Source: Aulosira sp. ZfuVER01
Lineage (GTDB): Bacteria > Cyanobacteriota > Cyanobacteriia > Cyanobacteriales > Nostocaceae
Length of the DNA stretch: 64,000 nucleotides
Direction of reading: 5' to 3'
Assembly: GCA_034530615.2 (NCBI GenBank)
Contig: JAVRCV020000015.1
Coordinates: 128,001 to 192,000, forward strand
The notes under the pieces were generated by a model. It did no database searches and had not been told where the DNA came from. It was given only the letters and a program-made list of their open reading frames with translations. The number at the start of each line of letters is the position of its first letter. The stretch's first letter is position 1. Positions 31,816 to 42,907 of this stretch are shown in pieces. The position numbers and the translations under genes are program-made.

Positions 31816-32577
31816 ATGAGCGAAACTAGCCAACGGCGAATTGTAATTGGGGATGTGCATGGTCACTATGAAGGATTAATGACTTTATTGGCAGCCATTG
31901 CTCCAGGGTCAAACGATCAACTCTATTTTCTAGGAGACTTAATCGATCGCGGTCCTCAAAGCGCACAGGTAGTTAAGTTTGTCAAAGAAAATAACTATCC
32001 TTGTTTGCTCGGAAATCATGAGCAGATGTTATTAAATGTATTGACCAATGGCAGCGCTGGCACTTCAGCGATGCAAACATGGTTATATGGTGGCGGACAA
32101 GCAACCATAGCCAGTTACCAAGAAGCGACAATTCCCCAAGAACATATCGATTGGTTTTCAACGCTACCACCATATCTCGATTTAGGGGATGTTTGGTTAA
32201 CCCATGCTGGTGTTGACCCTTGTATTCCGTTGAATAAACAAACTACCGAGCAATTTTGCTGGATTAGAGAAGAATTTCACGGCATTGAGAAACCTTTCTT
32301 CCCTGATAAGTTAATTATTGTTGGTCACACAATCACCTTTACCCTACCTGGCGTTACTCCTGGTCAGCTAGCACAAGGAAAGGGCTGGCTAGACATTGAT
32401 ACGGGAGCATATCATCCCCGTAGTGGCTGGTTAACTGCACTGGATGTCACAAATAACCTGGTTCATCAAGTCAACGTTTTTAAGAAGCGCGTCCGCAGCT
32501 TACCTTTAGAAGAAGCAACTGTCTTCATCGATCCAGCCGAAATCAAGGGTGCTCGCCGCAATCAGCAGCGAGCATAG
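31816..32577 (+). CDS. Metallophosphoesterase (PPP-family Ser/Thr phosphatase)
   Basis: GDVHG, GDLIDRG, GNHE, HAG, GHT, IDTG. Confidence 0.92.
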   Translation: MSETSQRRIVIGDVHGHYEGLMTLLAAIAPGSNDQLYFLGDLIDRGPQSAQVVKFVKENNYPCLLGNHEQMLLNVLTNGSAGTSAMQTWLYGGGQATIASYQEATIPQEHIDWFSTLPPYLDLGDVWLTHAGVDPCIPLNKQTTEQFCWIREEFHGIEKPFFPDKLIIVGHTITFTLPGVTPGQLAQGKGWLDIDTGAYHPRSGWLTALDVTNNLVHQVNVFKKRVRSLPLEEATVFIDPAEIKGARRNQQRA

Positions 32578-32628
32578 TTACAGATAGAGTAATAGGGAGA
32601 CTTTTGAGTCTGTACAACGTTCTTGAAA

Positions 32629-33504
32629 TTAAAGTAACGCTCGGATATTAGCCTTATAAGCGGCATTATCCAATCCATAACGCCCATTGCTAGGTTGTTT
32701 ACTAATCATGCTTTTGAGATTATTAATGCGATCGCTAGTTGCAGGGTGAGTACTCAAAAATGTTGGAGGGGAACCCTTTCCTAGCAACTTTTGCATAAAA
32801 GAAACCATCCCAGATTGGGCATAACCACTACGAGCCAAAGTTCTTAACCCTCTTTTATCGGCATCAAATTCATCTTGACGACTGCGGGGACGATTGAGTG
32901 CTAGTTCTACACCAATACCTACTGCTGCGTTACGATCTAAACCTGCTGCTGTGGCTACACCACTAGCAAGCGCTCTTTGTCGCATCTGTTTTACTAAATG
33001 TTTCCCGCCTACGTGACCAATTTCATGGGCAAGTACACTTGCTAGTTCCGCTTCATTGTCTGCGGCTTTGAGTAAACCTGTGTTGACATAAACGTAGCCT
33101 CCCGCAGTGGCAAAAGCATTAAGAGCCGGATCTTCAACTACTTGGAAAGTATAAGGGAGTGATGGGCGATCGCTATTAGCTGCCAAGCGCTGACCCACTT
33201 GTTCTACATAGCGATTAATCTCAGGATTGCGGTAAAGTCGAACTTCACTACTCAATTCCTGATTCATCTGCTTACCAAGCTCAACTTCTTGGCGATCGGA
33301 TATATTAGAAAGCTGAAGTATCTGGGCACCTTGGAACAGAAGCGGTAATAAGTCTATGGCCTTTCCGGGAAGAGGTGCGCTTAAGCACACACTCAGGGCG
33401 ACTACCAGCGAAATAAACGGATAAAACCAGCGACGCCGCCGAACATGGAAATTTGTCAAAAAAGCATTCCAAACATTCATAATCCGGTTCTTATAGATAA
33501 TCAA
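32629..33504 (-). CDS. M48-family metallopeptidase
   Basis: NAFA..GG, HEIGH, E.DAD, STHP motifs. Confidence 0.9.
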   Translation of the reverse strand: MIIYKNRIMNVWNAFLTNFHVRRRRWFYPFISLVVALSVCLSAPLPGKAIDLLPLLFQGAQILQLSNISDRQEVELGKQMNQELSSEVRLYRNPEINRYVEQVGQRLAANSDRPSLPYTFQVVEDPALNAFATAGGYVYVNTGLLKAADNEAELASVLAHEIGHVGGKHLVKQMRQRALASGVATAAGLDRNAAVGIGVELALNRPRSRQDEFDADKRGLRTLARSGYAQSGMVSFMQKLLGKGSPPTFLSTHPATSDRINNLKSMISKQPSNGRYGLDNAAYKANIRALL

Positions 33505-33863
33505 GGAAGAACATAAATTACGGGACGAATTTAGGACTGTCTATGTTGCATTATCTACTCAAAACGGAAAATACTTAGAGGAATGGTAGCCTTTCGTCAA
33601 AGCTCGCTATCTACAACCCCAATGGATTTTCATCATCAAAACCCTTTACCCATCTTAAAAAAATCCCAGCCAGACTGTTTTTGAGATTCCACTTTGCTAA
33701 AGTTGGCTGCCTCGTCCCGTAATTTTAGAAGTCGTGATAAACTGTCGCATGATTGCAATCCCCAGCCGCTTTCAGTGCTTACCATATAGGGAACATTGCC
33801 ATTACCCTAGTCAAGCCCGCTGCTACAATCGATTACTCCGCTCATATCTGGGAAAACTTATTT

Positions 33864-34397
33864 ATGGCTCTTTTAGATTCCAAAGGCCGCTTGTTCGGTA
33901 AAATCAATCTCCTCGATTTAGGTGCTGTACTAGTAATTGTGCTAGTTATATTCGGCATATTTGTCTTTCCTGGTACTTCCGGTTCTGTGGCCCAAGTGGG
34001 TGCTAAAACAGTACCTATGGAGGTAGACCTAGTAGTTCGTGGTTTAAATGTCCGCGACCCGCAACAATTATTTGATAAAGGATTGAAAGCTAATGGTAAA
34101 ACTAACGTAATTATCCGCAATCAACCCCACGGTGAAATTACTATTAAATCAATTCAACAATTACCAAGAACAGTAAATGTTCCCCAACCTGATGGTTCCA
34201 TTAAAGAGTTACCAGATCCAAAAGCCAACAATTTTAGTACAGATATGCTGTTGACCTTAGAAGGTAAAGCACAAGTCACAGCAAACGGTCCAGTTTTAGG
34301 TAACAGCAAAGTAAAAATTGGGATGCCATTTGAGTTAGAAGGCTTCAACTACAACTTTAATGCCACTGTCATCGATTTAAGATTGAAAGATAAATAA
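33864..34397 (+). CDS. DUF4330-like membrane-anchored protein
   Basis: MALLDSKGRLFGKINLLD followed by a TM helix; ATG at 33864 preferred. Confidence 0.8.
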   Translation: MALLDSKGRLFGKINLLDLGAVLVIVLVIFGIFVFPGTSGSVAQVGAKTVPMEVDLVVRGLNVRDPQQLFDKGLKANGKTNVIIRNQPHGEITIKSIQQLPRTVNVPQPDGSIKELPDPKANNFSTDMLLTLEGKAQVTANGPVLGNSKVKIGMPFELEGFNYNFNATVIDLRLKDK

Positions 34398-35000
34398 GTA
34401 GGTTGGTTTTATTAGCAACATCAATCAGCTCGACTTTATCCGCATCAAATAAATTAGTCTTGTCATAACAGCTTGGTGAGGTTTAAAAAGCTAAACTTAC
34501 TGTGTAAGGGTTTTACAGTATGGGTAAACGCTTTTTAGCTAGTTGCCGCAGATATCGTAAATATGGAAAATGGATAAGGTCGAGATCAGTGCTAATTTGA
34601 CTATGGCGATCTAGTAATTTCCGTTGCTGGCAAGCCAGAAACTGTATCAAAGTATCGGAAGTCTAGGAAAAAACTACCGATACAGGGTAGGATAGGACAT
34701 CGACAATTAAAAATGAAAGTGTTAAAACGCCTTTAACAGATGTAATTTGGATAAGCCTCTCCTACCTCACCTCCTAGACTTCGAGGTAAGGAAGAAATGT
34801 AAAAATCAGGGTTTTAAGCTTCTACTTTGATCCTATAGAGGCCCGATCTTATTCATCGCACTAACATGAATGTAGTTTTCACAAGAAAAATATCCAAATT
34901 TTTATTTGGGTAAGTTTTTGGGAAAGCTGCTGGACTGCATTAATTATTTTTTTCTTCTAGTTAGAGAAATTTTGGACTCATTAGACGAAGTAATAGAGCC

Positions 35001-35567
35001 TTGAATAAGCTATTGTTTACAGGTAAGTCTTTTCGCTTTATGGCTTTCGCCCTACCGCTATTAATGTGGTGGGGATACAAAGAAGTGAAAAACCAGATTG
35101 TGCAGCCGCAAGCGGTTTTAGTATTAGGCGGTTCCACAAAAAAATTGGAGCGAGAGAAGTTTACAGCGGATTTTGCTAAAAAGCATCCAAATTTACCTAT
35201 TTGGATTAGTGGCGGTAGTCCACCTAGATCGACTCAAAAGGTGTTTATCAAAGCAGGAATTGATCCCGACCGTTTACACTTGGATTATGAAGCTGTAGAT
35301 ACAGTTACTAATTTTACAACGTTGGTCGATGATTTGCAAGCTCACGGCATCAAGAGTGTGTATTTAATTACCTCTGACTTCCATATGCGTCGTGCTAGTG
35401 TCATTGGTGAGATAGTTCTCGGTAGTCGGGGTATTGAGTTCAAAACCATACCAGTTCCTTCAGAGAAACCACCGGAACCTATTGAAAAATCTCTCCGTGA
35501 TGGTGCTAGAGCTATACTTTGGGTCGCAACTGGCTATACGGGTGCAGAGGAGACTAAGAATAAGTAG
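35001..35567 (+). CDS. YdcF/DUF218-family protein
   Basis: VLGG, ISGG, DTVTN, ITSDFHMRRA. Confidence 0.88.
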   Translation: MNKLLFTGKSFRFMAFALPLLMWWGYKEVKNQIVQPQAVLVLGGSTKKLEREKFTADFAKKHPNLPIWISGGSPPRSTQKVFIKAGIDPDRLHLDYEAVDTVTNFTTLVDDLQAHGIKSVYLITSDFHMRRASVIGEIVLGSRGIEFKTIPVPSEKPPEPIEKSLRDGARAILWVATGYTGAEETKNK

Positions 35568-35614
35568 GGACAAGGGGGACAAGGGAGAAAAGAAATTTTA
35601 GATTTTAGATTTTG

Positions 35615-35702
35615 CGGAAAGTTGAGCCAGTGCGTTGGGCGGGTTCCCCGACTTGAAGCAACTGGCGTTGCCAGGAGGGTTTCCCTCCGTAGCAAACTTT
35701 CC
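35615..35702. repeat. Nested SDR-like repeats flanked by heptamer STRRs
   Basis: 45-nt unit 35624-35668 inserted into the hairpin ggaaagtt|tgc...gcaaactttcc. Confidence 0.7.
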
Positions 35703-35789
35703 AAGACGGATTTTAGATTGAATTCCAATCCAAAATCGCAAATCCAAAATCCAAAATTGTTTCCAATGCCCAATGCCCCATGACCAGAT

Positions 35790-37097
35790 TTAACCTAAAT
35801 CCTGATGAGTAAATGACTTAGCATTTGCGCCTGTGTAGGTAGCTACAATCTGACCATCACCAGTCATTTGATATTTGTAGGTTATCAATCCTTCTAAACC
35901 AACAGGGCCTCTGGGAGGCATTTGTTGGGTACTAATCCCGACTTCTGCACCAAAACCGTAGCGGAAGCCATCTGCAAAGCGGGTAGAACAGTTGTGGTAG
36001 ACTCCGGCTGCATTCACCAATCCGAGGAAAGTTTCAGCAGATGCTAAATCTTCAGTGATGATGGCTTCTGTGTGACGCGAACCATATTCGTTTATGTGAG
36101 CGATCGCTTCTTCTAAAGAGTCTACAATTTTTATTGCCAAAATCAAATCGCTGTATTCTGTTTCCCAATCTGTTGCTGTTGCACTATTAATATGATGCAA
36201 AATCTTGCGAGTGCGTTCATCACCTCTTAATTCCACGTGATGTTCTTGCAAAGCTATAGCAACTTTTGGTAAGAACTCTGGAGCAATACTGGCGTGAACT
36301 AGCAGTGTTTCAATGGCATTACAAGCTGCGGGATATTGAATTTTAGCATCAACGGCAATGCTGACTGCTTTGGCAATATCAGCTGCTCGATCTACATACA
36401 AATGACAAATTCCATCGGCATGTCCAAGTACGGGAATGCGGGTATTTTCTTGCACAAACCGCACAAAAGAATTAGAACCTCTGGGAATAATTAAATCTAC
36501 GTATTTATCTAAATTTAAAAGTTCTAGAGTTTCTTCCCTAGTTGTTAGCAACTGCACTGCATCTGGGTTCACAGCAGTATGGGATAAACCTTGCTTAATT
36601 GCTTTGACAATAGCTTCGCAAGAACGGATAGCTTCTTTGCCACCTTTTAAGATGACACCATTACCTGATTTGATTGCTAAAGAAACAATTTGAATTGCTG
36701 CTTCTGGACGTGCTTCAAAAATAATGCCCAAAACGCCTAAAGGACAAGTAATTCGCTTAAGAATTAAGCCTGTATCGATTTCGCGGTGAATTTGGACTTT
36801 CCCCACTGGATCGGCTAGCTTACCGACATCTCTAACTCCCGCGATCGCATCTCTTAACTTGTGTTCATCCAACTGCAAGCGTTTATAAAGTGGTTTGGCA
36901 ATCCCATCAGCAGTTGCGGCTTCACAATCAGCTATATTTGCTTGCAATATTTCATCTCTTGCCGATTCTAAAGCTTGAGCGATCGCTTCAATGGCTTGAT
37001 TTTTCCCTTCAGCTGAGAGAACCGCCAGCTTACTCGCTGCTTGGCGGGTTCTTTGAGCGATCGCAATCAAAGGAGAGGCAGTTTGCAGAGTAGTCAT
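35790..37097 (-). CDS. proA: Gamma-glutamyl phosphate reductase
   Basis: [42 protein letters not shown]. Confidence 0.96.
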   Translation of the reverse strand: MTTLQTASPLIAIAQRTRQAASKLAVLSAEGKNQAIEAIAQALESARDEILQANIADCEAATADGIAKPLYKRLQLDEHKLRDAIAGVRDVGKLADPVGKVQIHREIDTGLILKRITCPLGVLGIIFEARPEAAIQIVSLAIKSGNGVILKGGKEAIRSCEAIVKAIKQGLSHTAVNPDAVQLLTTREETLELLNLDKYVDLIIPRGSNSFVRFVQENTRIPVLGHADGICHLYVDRAADIAKAVSIAVDAKIQYPAACNAIETLLVHASIAPEFLPKVAIALQEHHVELRGDERTRKILHHINSATATDWETEYSDLILAIKIVDSLEEAIAHINEYGSRHTEAIITEDLASAETFLGLVNAAGVYHNCSTRFADGFRYGFGAEVGISTQQMPPRGPVGLEGLITYKYQMTGDGQIVATYTGANAKSFTHQDLG

Positions 37098-37141
37098 GTC
37101 ACAAATCTTTGGCTTTTCACCATCCTATCAACCTTAGTTAA

Positions 37142-37220
37142 TCATTTGTCATTTGTCATTGGTCATTGGTCATTGGGCATGGGGCATTGGGCATGGGGCA
37201 TGGGGCATTGGGCATGGGAC
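37142..37220. repeat. STRR heptamer tandem repeats
   Basis: Tandem tcattgg / gcatggg / gcattgg units. Confidence 0.85.
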
Positions 37221-37370
37221 ATTACTCAATTCTCCCTTGTCCCCCTCAGTCTCAATTACTCAACATAATTTATACATGTGTTATTTGAAGTTTTACGAAA
37301 TAGCGATGACGAGTACTGGATCTATTGAGTATTGATCGATCAATTACTACTCCTTTACCAAGGAGATACT

Positions 37371-39368
37371 ATGTCATTGCAATCTGGATTAGATGCCTTT
37401 AACCAAGGACGTTATTCCGAAGCCGTTCAAATACTGGAACAATTCTGTCGGAATGCTGTAGATCGAGATTCCTCAGATTATCTTTCAGCACAGATGTGGC
37501 TGATGAAAGCCTATCAAGGCACAGGAGAAGTCGAAAAAGCGACTATTCTGTGTCAAAAGTTGATGATGAGCGACAATCCCCAAATACGGAGTTGGGCAGA
37601 ACAAGCGCGCCAATCCTTCCCGCAATCAGCAAAAACCGAGTCTAGCGCTATCCAACAAGCTGGGCGTGCGGCGACCGCTGGTGCCAAATTAGCAATGGGC
37701 GGTGTAGGTGGAAGTCTTGTATTAGCTTCTGGTGTCACCATCACCTTGCTGTTTGGGATGGTGTTGGCTTTAGGTTTGAGTTTAGTATTGATTTTGGGTA
37801 GCAACGATCCGCTGCAAGGGTTAGCGATCGCAATTGCTATCACTATAGTTTTTAGTCTTGCTGCCTTTTTCCTGTCGCCCTTCCTGATGGACTTAACCCA
37901 ACGCTGGCTTTACCAAACGCGCTGGGTAGATTTGGCAGAAGTGGAAATTCTCAGTCCAGAGACAGCGAGAGTTATTCAGCAAGTCTGTCAACAAAAAAAC
38001 CTGAAAACTCCTAAACTAGGTATTATTAACGACCAAAACCCCACAGCTTTTACTTACGGCTCATTGCCTAACAGCGCTCGGTTAGTCGTCAGTCAGGGAC
38101 TGTTTACTTATCTAGATGATGATGAAATTGCTACTGTCTACGCTCACGAACTAGGGCACATTGTCCATTGGGACTTTGCGGTGATGACAGCAGCTTCTAC
38201 TCTAGTGCAAATTTGCTACTTAATTTACAGTACAGCCAACAGATTTGGTCGTGGTGGCGGCGATAACAAAATCAAAGATGCTTTGCAGACTGCTGCCTTA
38301 GTTGCCTATATATTCTATATTGTCGGTACTTACTTACTACTCTATCTTTCCCGTACTAGAGAATACTTTGCTGACCACTTTGCTGCGGAAACCACGGGCA
38401 ATCCCAATGGATTATCCCGCGCTTTGGTGAAGATTGCCTACGGGATTTTAGAAGAAGGTCAAAGGACGCAAGAACCCAGCCGTTTAATTGAAGGAACCCG
38501 CGCCTTAGGCATTTACGATCCGAAAGCTGCTGCTTCCACTGGAACCGCCTATCGCATTGCTTCCGATCGGCAAAAAATTGGTCGCGTCTTTTTGTGGGAT
38601 ATGTTTAACCCTTGGGGCTGGTGGATGGAATTAAATTCTACTCACCCACTCACTGGTAAACGAGTCCGCGCCCTTAGCACCTATGCAGAACAGTTGGGTT
38701 TACCAATTGAGTTTGATATGGGGCGAGTCATTAGTGAAGGCAAGAATCTGAATAAGAATAAGCTTTACGGTAATTTCTTTTTAGATGTAGTGCTGTACGG
38801 TGCTGAAACCATCGGCTTCATATTTGGCTTGGTCTTAGGCATTATTCTGTGGTCTAGTTCTGCCCATACTGGTTTGGTATTTGGCGCACCACTAATCGGC
38901 TTAGGCTTAGGAATTTTGGTCAAAGCCTTGGTGATGTTCCCCGACTACAAACAAGCACCGGAAACTGACATTTTAACTTTGATGTCAGACCCTTATGCCA
39001 GTCCGTTGCGGGGACAACCTGCAAAACTCCAAGGACAACTCATTGGTCGTGGTGATGCAGGTAATAAATTAGGTTCCGATTTAAAAATTCAAGACCGTAG
39101 CGGAATGCTTTATTTGCACTACGCCTCACGTTTTGGCCCCATTGGCAACTTGTTGTTTGGGATGAAGCGAGTACAAAGCTTGATAGGGGAACAAGTGGGC
39201 GCTGTAGGTTGGTTCCGTCGTGGTGTTGCTCCTTGGATGGATCTGATCCAACTCCAAAGTGAGAATGGTACGGTTGTCAATAGTTACCACCGCTTCTGGT
39301 CATTTATACTGGGTGGTGGAGCAATTATCTTGGGATTGGCCTTGACGATATTTATGAGCAGCAGTTAG
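37371..39368 (+). CDS. HtpX/M48-family membrane zinc metalloprotease with N-terminal TPR-like region
   Basis: PTAFTYG, HELGH, SRTREYFAD, STHP; GGAG SD before ATG at 37371. Confidence 0.9.
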   Translation: MSLQSGLDAFNQGRYSEAVQILEQFCRNAVDRDSSDYLSAQMWLMKAYQGTGEVEKATILCQKLMMSDNPQIRSWAEQARQSFPQSAKTESSAIQQAGRAATAGAKLAMGGVGGSLVLASGVTITLLFGMVLALGLSLVLILGSNDPLQGLAIAIAITIVFSLAAFFLSPFLMDLTQRWLYQTRWVDLAEVEILSPETARVIQQVCQQKNLKTPKLGIINDQNPTAFTYGSLPNSARLVVSQGLFTYLDDDEIATVYAHELGHIVHWDFAVMTAASTLVQICYLIYSTANRFGRGGGDNKIKDALQTAALVAYIFYIVGTYLLLYLSRTREYFADHFAAETTGNPNGLSRALVKIAYGILEEGQRTQEPSRLIEGTRALGIYDPKAAASTGTAYRIASDRQKIGRVFLWDMFNPWGWWMELNSTHPLTGKRVRALSTYAEQLGLPIEFDMGRVISEGKNLNKNKLYGNFFLDVVLYGAETIGFIFGLVLGIILWSSSAHTGLVFGAPLIGLGLGILVKALVMFPDYKQAPETDILTLMSDPYASPLRGQPAKLQGQLIGRGDAGNKLGSDLKIQDRSGMLYLHYASRFGPIGNLLFGMKRVQSLIGEQVGAVGWFRRGVAPWMDLIQLQSENGTVVNSYHRFWSFILGGGAIILGLALTIFMSSS

Positions 39369-39495
39369 CCTGTTCGCAGAGCATTTCTAATTTATCCAAG
39401 CTGTAATTTGCTAGGGGCGGTGAATCACTGCCCCTGTTTTTTTGTAGCAATTCGCCTAGTTGCGATCGCCCCAATTTGGCGTCAAGAATTTAAAA

Positions 39496-42400
39496 CTATA
39501 GCTTAGATGCTAAAAACAGGCTTGTTTGTTCTCTATCCAAAGGACGTGAAAACAAATAACCCTGTGCTTGGTCACATTCCAACAATCTAAGTTGCAGCAA
39601 CTGGTTCATTGTTTCTACTCCTTCAGCAACTACACTCATCCCTAGGTTGTGAGCCAAGGTAACAATGGCTCGAATAATTGCTAATTGCTCACCATCGCGA
39701 TCGATTTGATTGACAAAAGAACGGTCAATTTTCAAAACATCAATGGGAAAATGGTGCAAATAACCTAGGGATGAGTAACCTGTCCCGAAGTCATCAATAC
39801 ACAATTGCATCCCAAAAGCTTTGAGTTTTTTCAGAACAGTAGCAGCTTTTTCGGGGCTGGTGATAATTGCGCTTTCAGTGATTTCTAACTTTAGGCTGCT
39901 GGGATCGAGACCAGTCTCTTGCAGAATTTGGTCGATTTGCTCAACTAGATAGGGTTGGGAAAACTGTTTGCCAGAAAGGTTGACGTTGATCGTCAAGGGC
40001 CTCATTGCCGGAAATTGTAACTGCCACTGCCACAACTGTTGGCAAGACTCACGTAGTACCCATTGACCAATTGTGACGATTAACCCAGTTTCTTCGGCTA
40101 CTGGAATAAACTCATTTGGTGAAATGAGTCCTCGTTCTGGGTGTTGCCAGCGAACTAGGGCTTCAAATCCTGTAATCTCTCCTGTAGCAACAGACACAAT
40201 CGGCTGATAGAAAACTTGCAATTCCTGGCGTTCAATTGCCCAGCGCAAGTCGGTTTCTAACTGCAAAAGTGCCACTGCTCGGTCATACATAGTGGTGTCA
40301 AAGACGATATGCCAAGCTTTACCCTGCTCTTTAGCATGGTAAAGGGCAGTATCAGCATCTCGCAGCAAATCAGCAGGTTGATTATATGCAGTTGTACTTA
40401 AAGCAATGCCAATACTGGCAGTTGTAAATACTTCATATCCTTGTAAGTTGAACGGTAACTTGAGTACTTGATGGATTTGTTCTGCGATTCGGGTGGCATC
40501 ATCGATACTTTTAATATGGGAAAGTAAGATGGTAAACTCATCTCCACCTAAGCGAGCTACAATATCGTCAGGCTGTAGGCAGCTTTGCAGACGTTGGGCA
40601 AATGCCACTAGTAGTCGATCGCCAACCAAATGTCCTAAGCTGTCATTGACAACTTTAAAACGATCTAGATCTACAAACAGGACAGCAAACAGGTCATCTG
40701 GGTTGCTCTTTACTCTTTCTATCGCTTGTCCTAGCTTGTCCATAAATAAAACTCGGTTGGGCAATCCAGTGAGAGCATCGTAGAACGCATGGCGGACTAA
40801 TTTTTCCTCCATCTGTTTGCGTTCGGTAATATCTGTAGCAATTCCCTCGATGCGAACAGGCTGATCATTAGTGTCATAGATCAAATGGCTGCGGTTCAAC
40901 AGCCAGCGTACTTGTCCATCAGGTCTGATAATCCGGTATTCTAGCTCTTGATATCCGGTCACAAGTAACGGTTGAATTGCAGCATGAACTTGTGGTTGAT
41001 CCTCTGGGTGAATCACTTCAAACCAAAGATTCAAGTTATCAAAAAATTCAGATTCGGGACGACCATAAATCTTGAGGACAGCAGGATTGAGATAAAGAGT
41101 TTCAAAAGTATCGGCGGAAATTGACCAGACAACATCTTCCAGCGAACACAAAATTCCATCCAGACGTTGTTTACTTTCCTGTAATTCTGCTTCTGCTCGT
41201 TTGCGTAAGCGAAGCTCGTCGTAGACATCGCTGATATCAGTAATCATCCCCAAGACGCCAGTATAATTCCCCTGCTCATCAAACATTGGGGCACAAGAAA
41301 CGATCGCCCATAAATCTGAGCCGTCCTTACAGCGGAATTTAAAATCGTGTTTCTCGTTAATACCCTGATGACGACGCTCAAGGTAAGTGTTAGCAATCTC
41401 TATTCCTTCTGCATCCATAAAGGAGAATAGCGTTGCACCTTGCATCTCGTCGGCGCTGTAACCCAACATCGTTGCCATTTGTTTGTTGACAAAAGATGTC
41501 TGGTTATTCTCATCAAGTACCCAGATGCCTTCGGTTGCTGTTTCCACAATGCGGCGATACTGTTCTTCTCGCTGCCGTAATGTCTCAAGAGCCTGCAAAT
41601 GCTCAGTAATATCGGTCTGAACGCCAATAAAGTGAGTCAAGGAGCCAAAGGCATCAAACACAGGAGCTACGTAGAGTTCATGCCAAAAGGGAGTTCCATC
41701 TTTACGATAATTGCGTAAAATAACGTGACATTCTCTTTGTTCTTGAATGGCTGTACGCAACTCACTTAAGGCTGTTTGCTCTCGGTCGGTTCCTTGTAAA
41801 AAGCGGCAATTCCGTCCTATGACTTCACTAGCAGAGTAGCCTGTAATCGCTTCAAAAGCTGGATTGACGTAAATGATGGGATTGTCTGGTTGATTCGGGT
41901 CTGTGAGAATAATTCCGTTACTGCTAGAAGCGATCGCCCTTTCCATCAAATGTAAGCGTGTCTCAACCTGAGAAAGTGCGATCGCTGGAGTTTGGCTACT
42001 CATACCTGTAAATATCAACAGCGCCGCCAGCTTACCTTCATAATTAACGACTTTGGCGGAAATTTGGGTGGCAAAAGTATCTCCGTTAAATTTTTTGAGT
42101 TGTACAGCAAAATTTTTAACGGCGTTGGCAAGTTGCAGCTGACTAATCAACTGAGTCCATACAGCAGGGTTAGCGCAAAAGTCGGAGGTGATTTTGTTGA
42201 GGCTATCAGCGGACTCAACTCCAAAAAAAGGCTCTAAAATGTCGTTTTTAAATAAAATTTGGTTGCTTTCCAGACATACAATCGCCACAGGAAATGGGCT
42301 GAGTTCTGCAAATGAGCTGAGTAGTTCTTGGCAATCTAGTTTCGACTGCTTACAAGTCTCTACTTCTGCCAATAACATTCGACTCAAATTTTTGCACTCA

Positions 42401-42519
42401 GCATTGCACTCCTGAATTCGGGGTGCCCGATTTTTGTTGAGATTGTTTAACCTGTCCTGATTTTTATACACGTAGCGTTGAGTAAAAACCATTTTTATAG
42501 TTTTATGAATTGCCACCAA
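39496..42519 (-). CDS. LOV/PAS-GGDEF-EAL diguanylate cyclase/phosphodiesterase
   Basis: GRNCRFLQG LOV motif, further PAS/PAC domains, intact GGDEF, EALVRW and DDFGTG; real start probably downstream of 42519. Confidence 0.92.
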   Translation of the reverse strand: MVAIHKTIKMVFTQRYVYKNQDRLNNLNKNRAPRIQECNAECKNLSRMLLAEVETCKQSKLDCQELLSSFAELSPFPVAIVCLESNQILFKNDILEPFFGVESADSLNKITSDFCANPAVWTQLISQLQLANAVKNFAVQLKKFNGDTFATQISAKVVNYEGKLAALLIFTGMSSQTPAIALSQVETRLHLMERAIASSSNGIILTDPNQPDNPIIYVNPAFEAITGYSASEVIGRNCRFLQGTDREQTALSELRTAIQEQRECHVILRNYRKDGTPFWHELYVAPVFDAFGSLTHFIGVQTDITEHLQALETLRQREEQYRRIVETATEGIWVLDENNQTSFVNKQMATMLGYSADEMQGATLFSFMDAEGIEIANTYLERRHQGINEKHDFKFRCKDGSDLWAIVSCAPMFDEQGNYTGVLGMITDISDVYDELRLRKRAEAELQESKQRLDGILCSLEDVVWSISADTFETLYLNPAVLKIYGRPESEFFDNLNLWFEVIHPEDQPQVHAAIQPLLVTGYQELEYRIIRPDGQVRWLLNRSHLIYDTNDQPVRIEGIATDITERKQMEEKLVRHAFYDALTGLPNRVLFMDKLGQAIERVKSNPDDLFAVLFVDLDRFKVVNDSLGHLVGDRLLVAFAQRLQSCLQPDDIVARLGGDEFTILLSHIKSIDDATRIAEQIHQVLKLPFNLQGYEVFTTASIGIALSTTAYNQPADLLRDADTALYHAKEQGKAWHIVFDTTMYDRAVALLQLETDLRWAIERQELQVFYQPIVSVATGEITGFEALVRWQHPERGLISPNEFIPVAEETGLIVTIGQWVLRESCQQLWQWQLQFPAMRPLTINVNLSGKQFSQPYLVEQIDQILQETGLDPSSLKLEITESAIITSPEKAATVLKKLKAFGMQLCIDDFGTGYSSLGYLHHFPIDVLKIDRSFVNQIDRDGEQLAIIRAIVTLAHNLGMSVVAEGVETMNQLLQLRLLECDQAQGYLFSRPLDREQTSLFLASKL
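41206..41226. mobile_element. 21-nt SDR-like insertion within a HIP1 site, in frame
   Basis: GCG[taagcgaagctcgtcgtagac]ATCGC; adds VYDELRL to the PAC motif DISD-RKR. Confidence 0.8.
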
Positions 42520-42813
42520 AAATCAGCCGCACTTCAACCCTGTTGGTAAGCTTTAAAAACTTAACTTACGGCACTCATACACTAGTAGAAGGGAAAGGTA
42601 GTGATTTTGCTTTGATTAATCTCAAAATTGAATTGATTTTCTAGGAAACGTTGTAGCATAAATCACAGATAGCCGAAAACAGCATAACTGTTTCGGGTTA
42701 GGTATCTACGAATTTATAAGTGCTAAGTTTGGTTTGTTAAAGCTAATTCTTAAGCTATTCTTAACTTTACTCCCTTAGATAGATGTAATTGGATTTTTCA
42801 CAAAAACTTTATA

Positions 42814-42907
42814 TATGGCAATCCGATTTGATATATAAACTACTCGTGGAGGCAGGCAATAGGCAATATGCAATAGAGTTGTTTGCAACTCATTTAGGAT
42901 TGCTATA
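42814..42907. mobile_element. MITE-like element with TATRGCAATCC terminal inverted repeats
   Basis: tatggcaatcc...ggattgctata; a solo matching end tatagcaatccgatt lies at 1927-1941. Confidence 0.55.
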
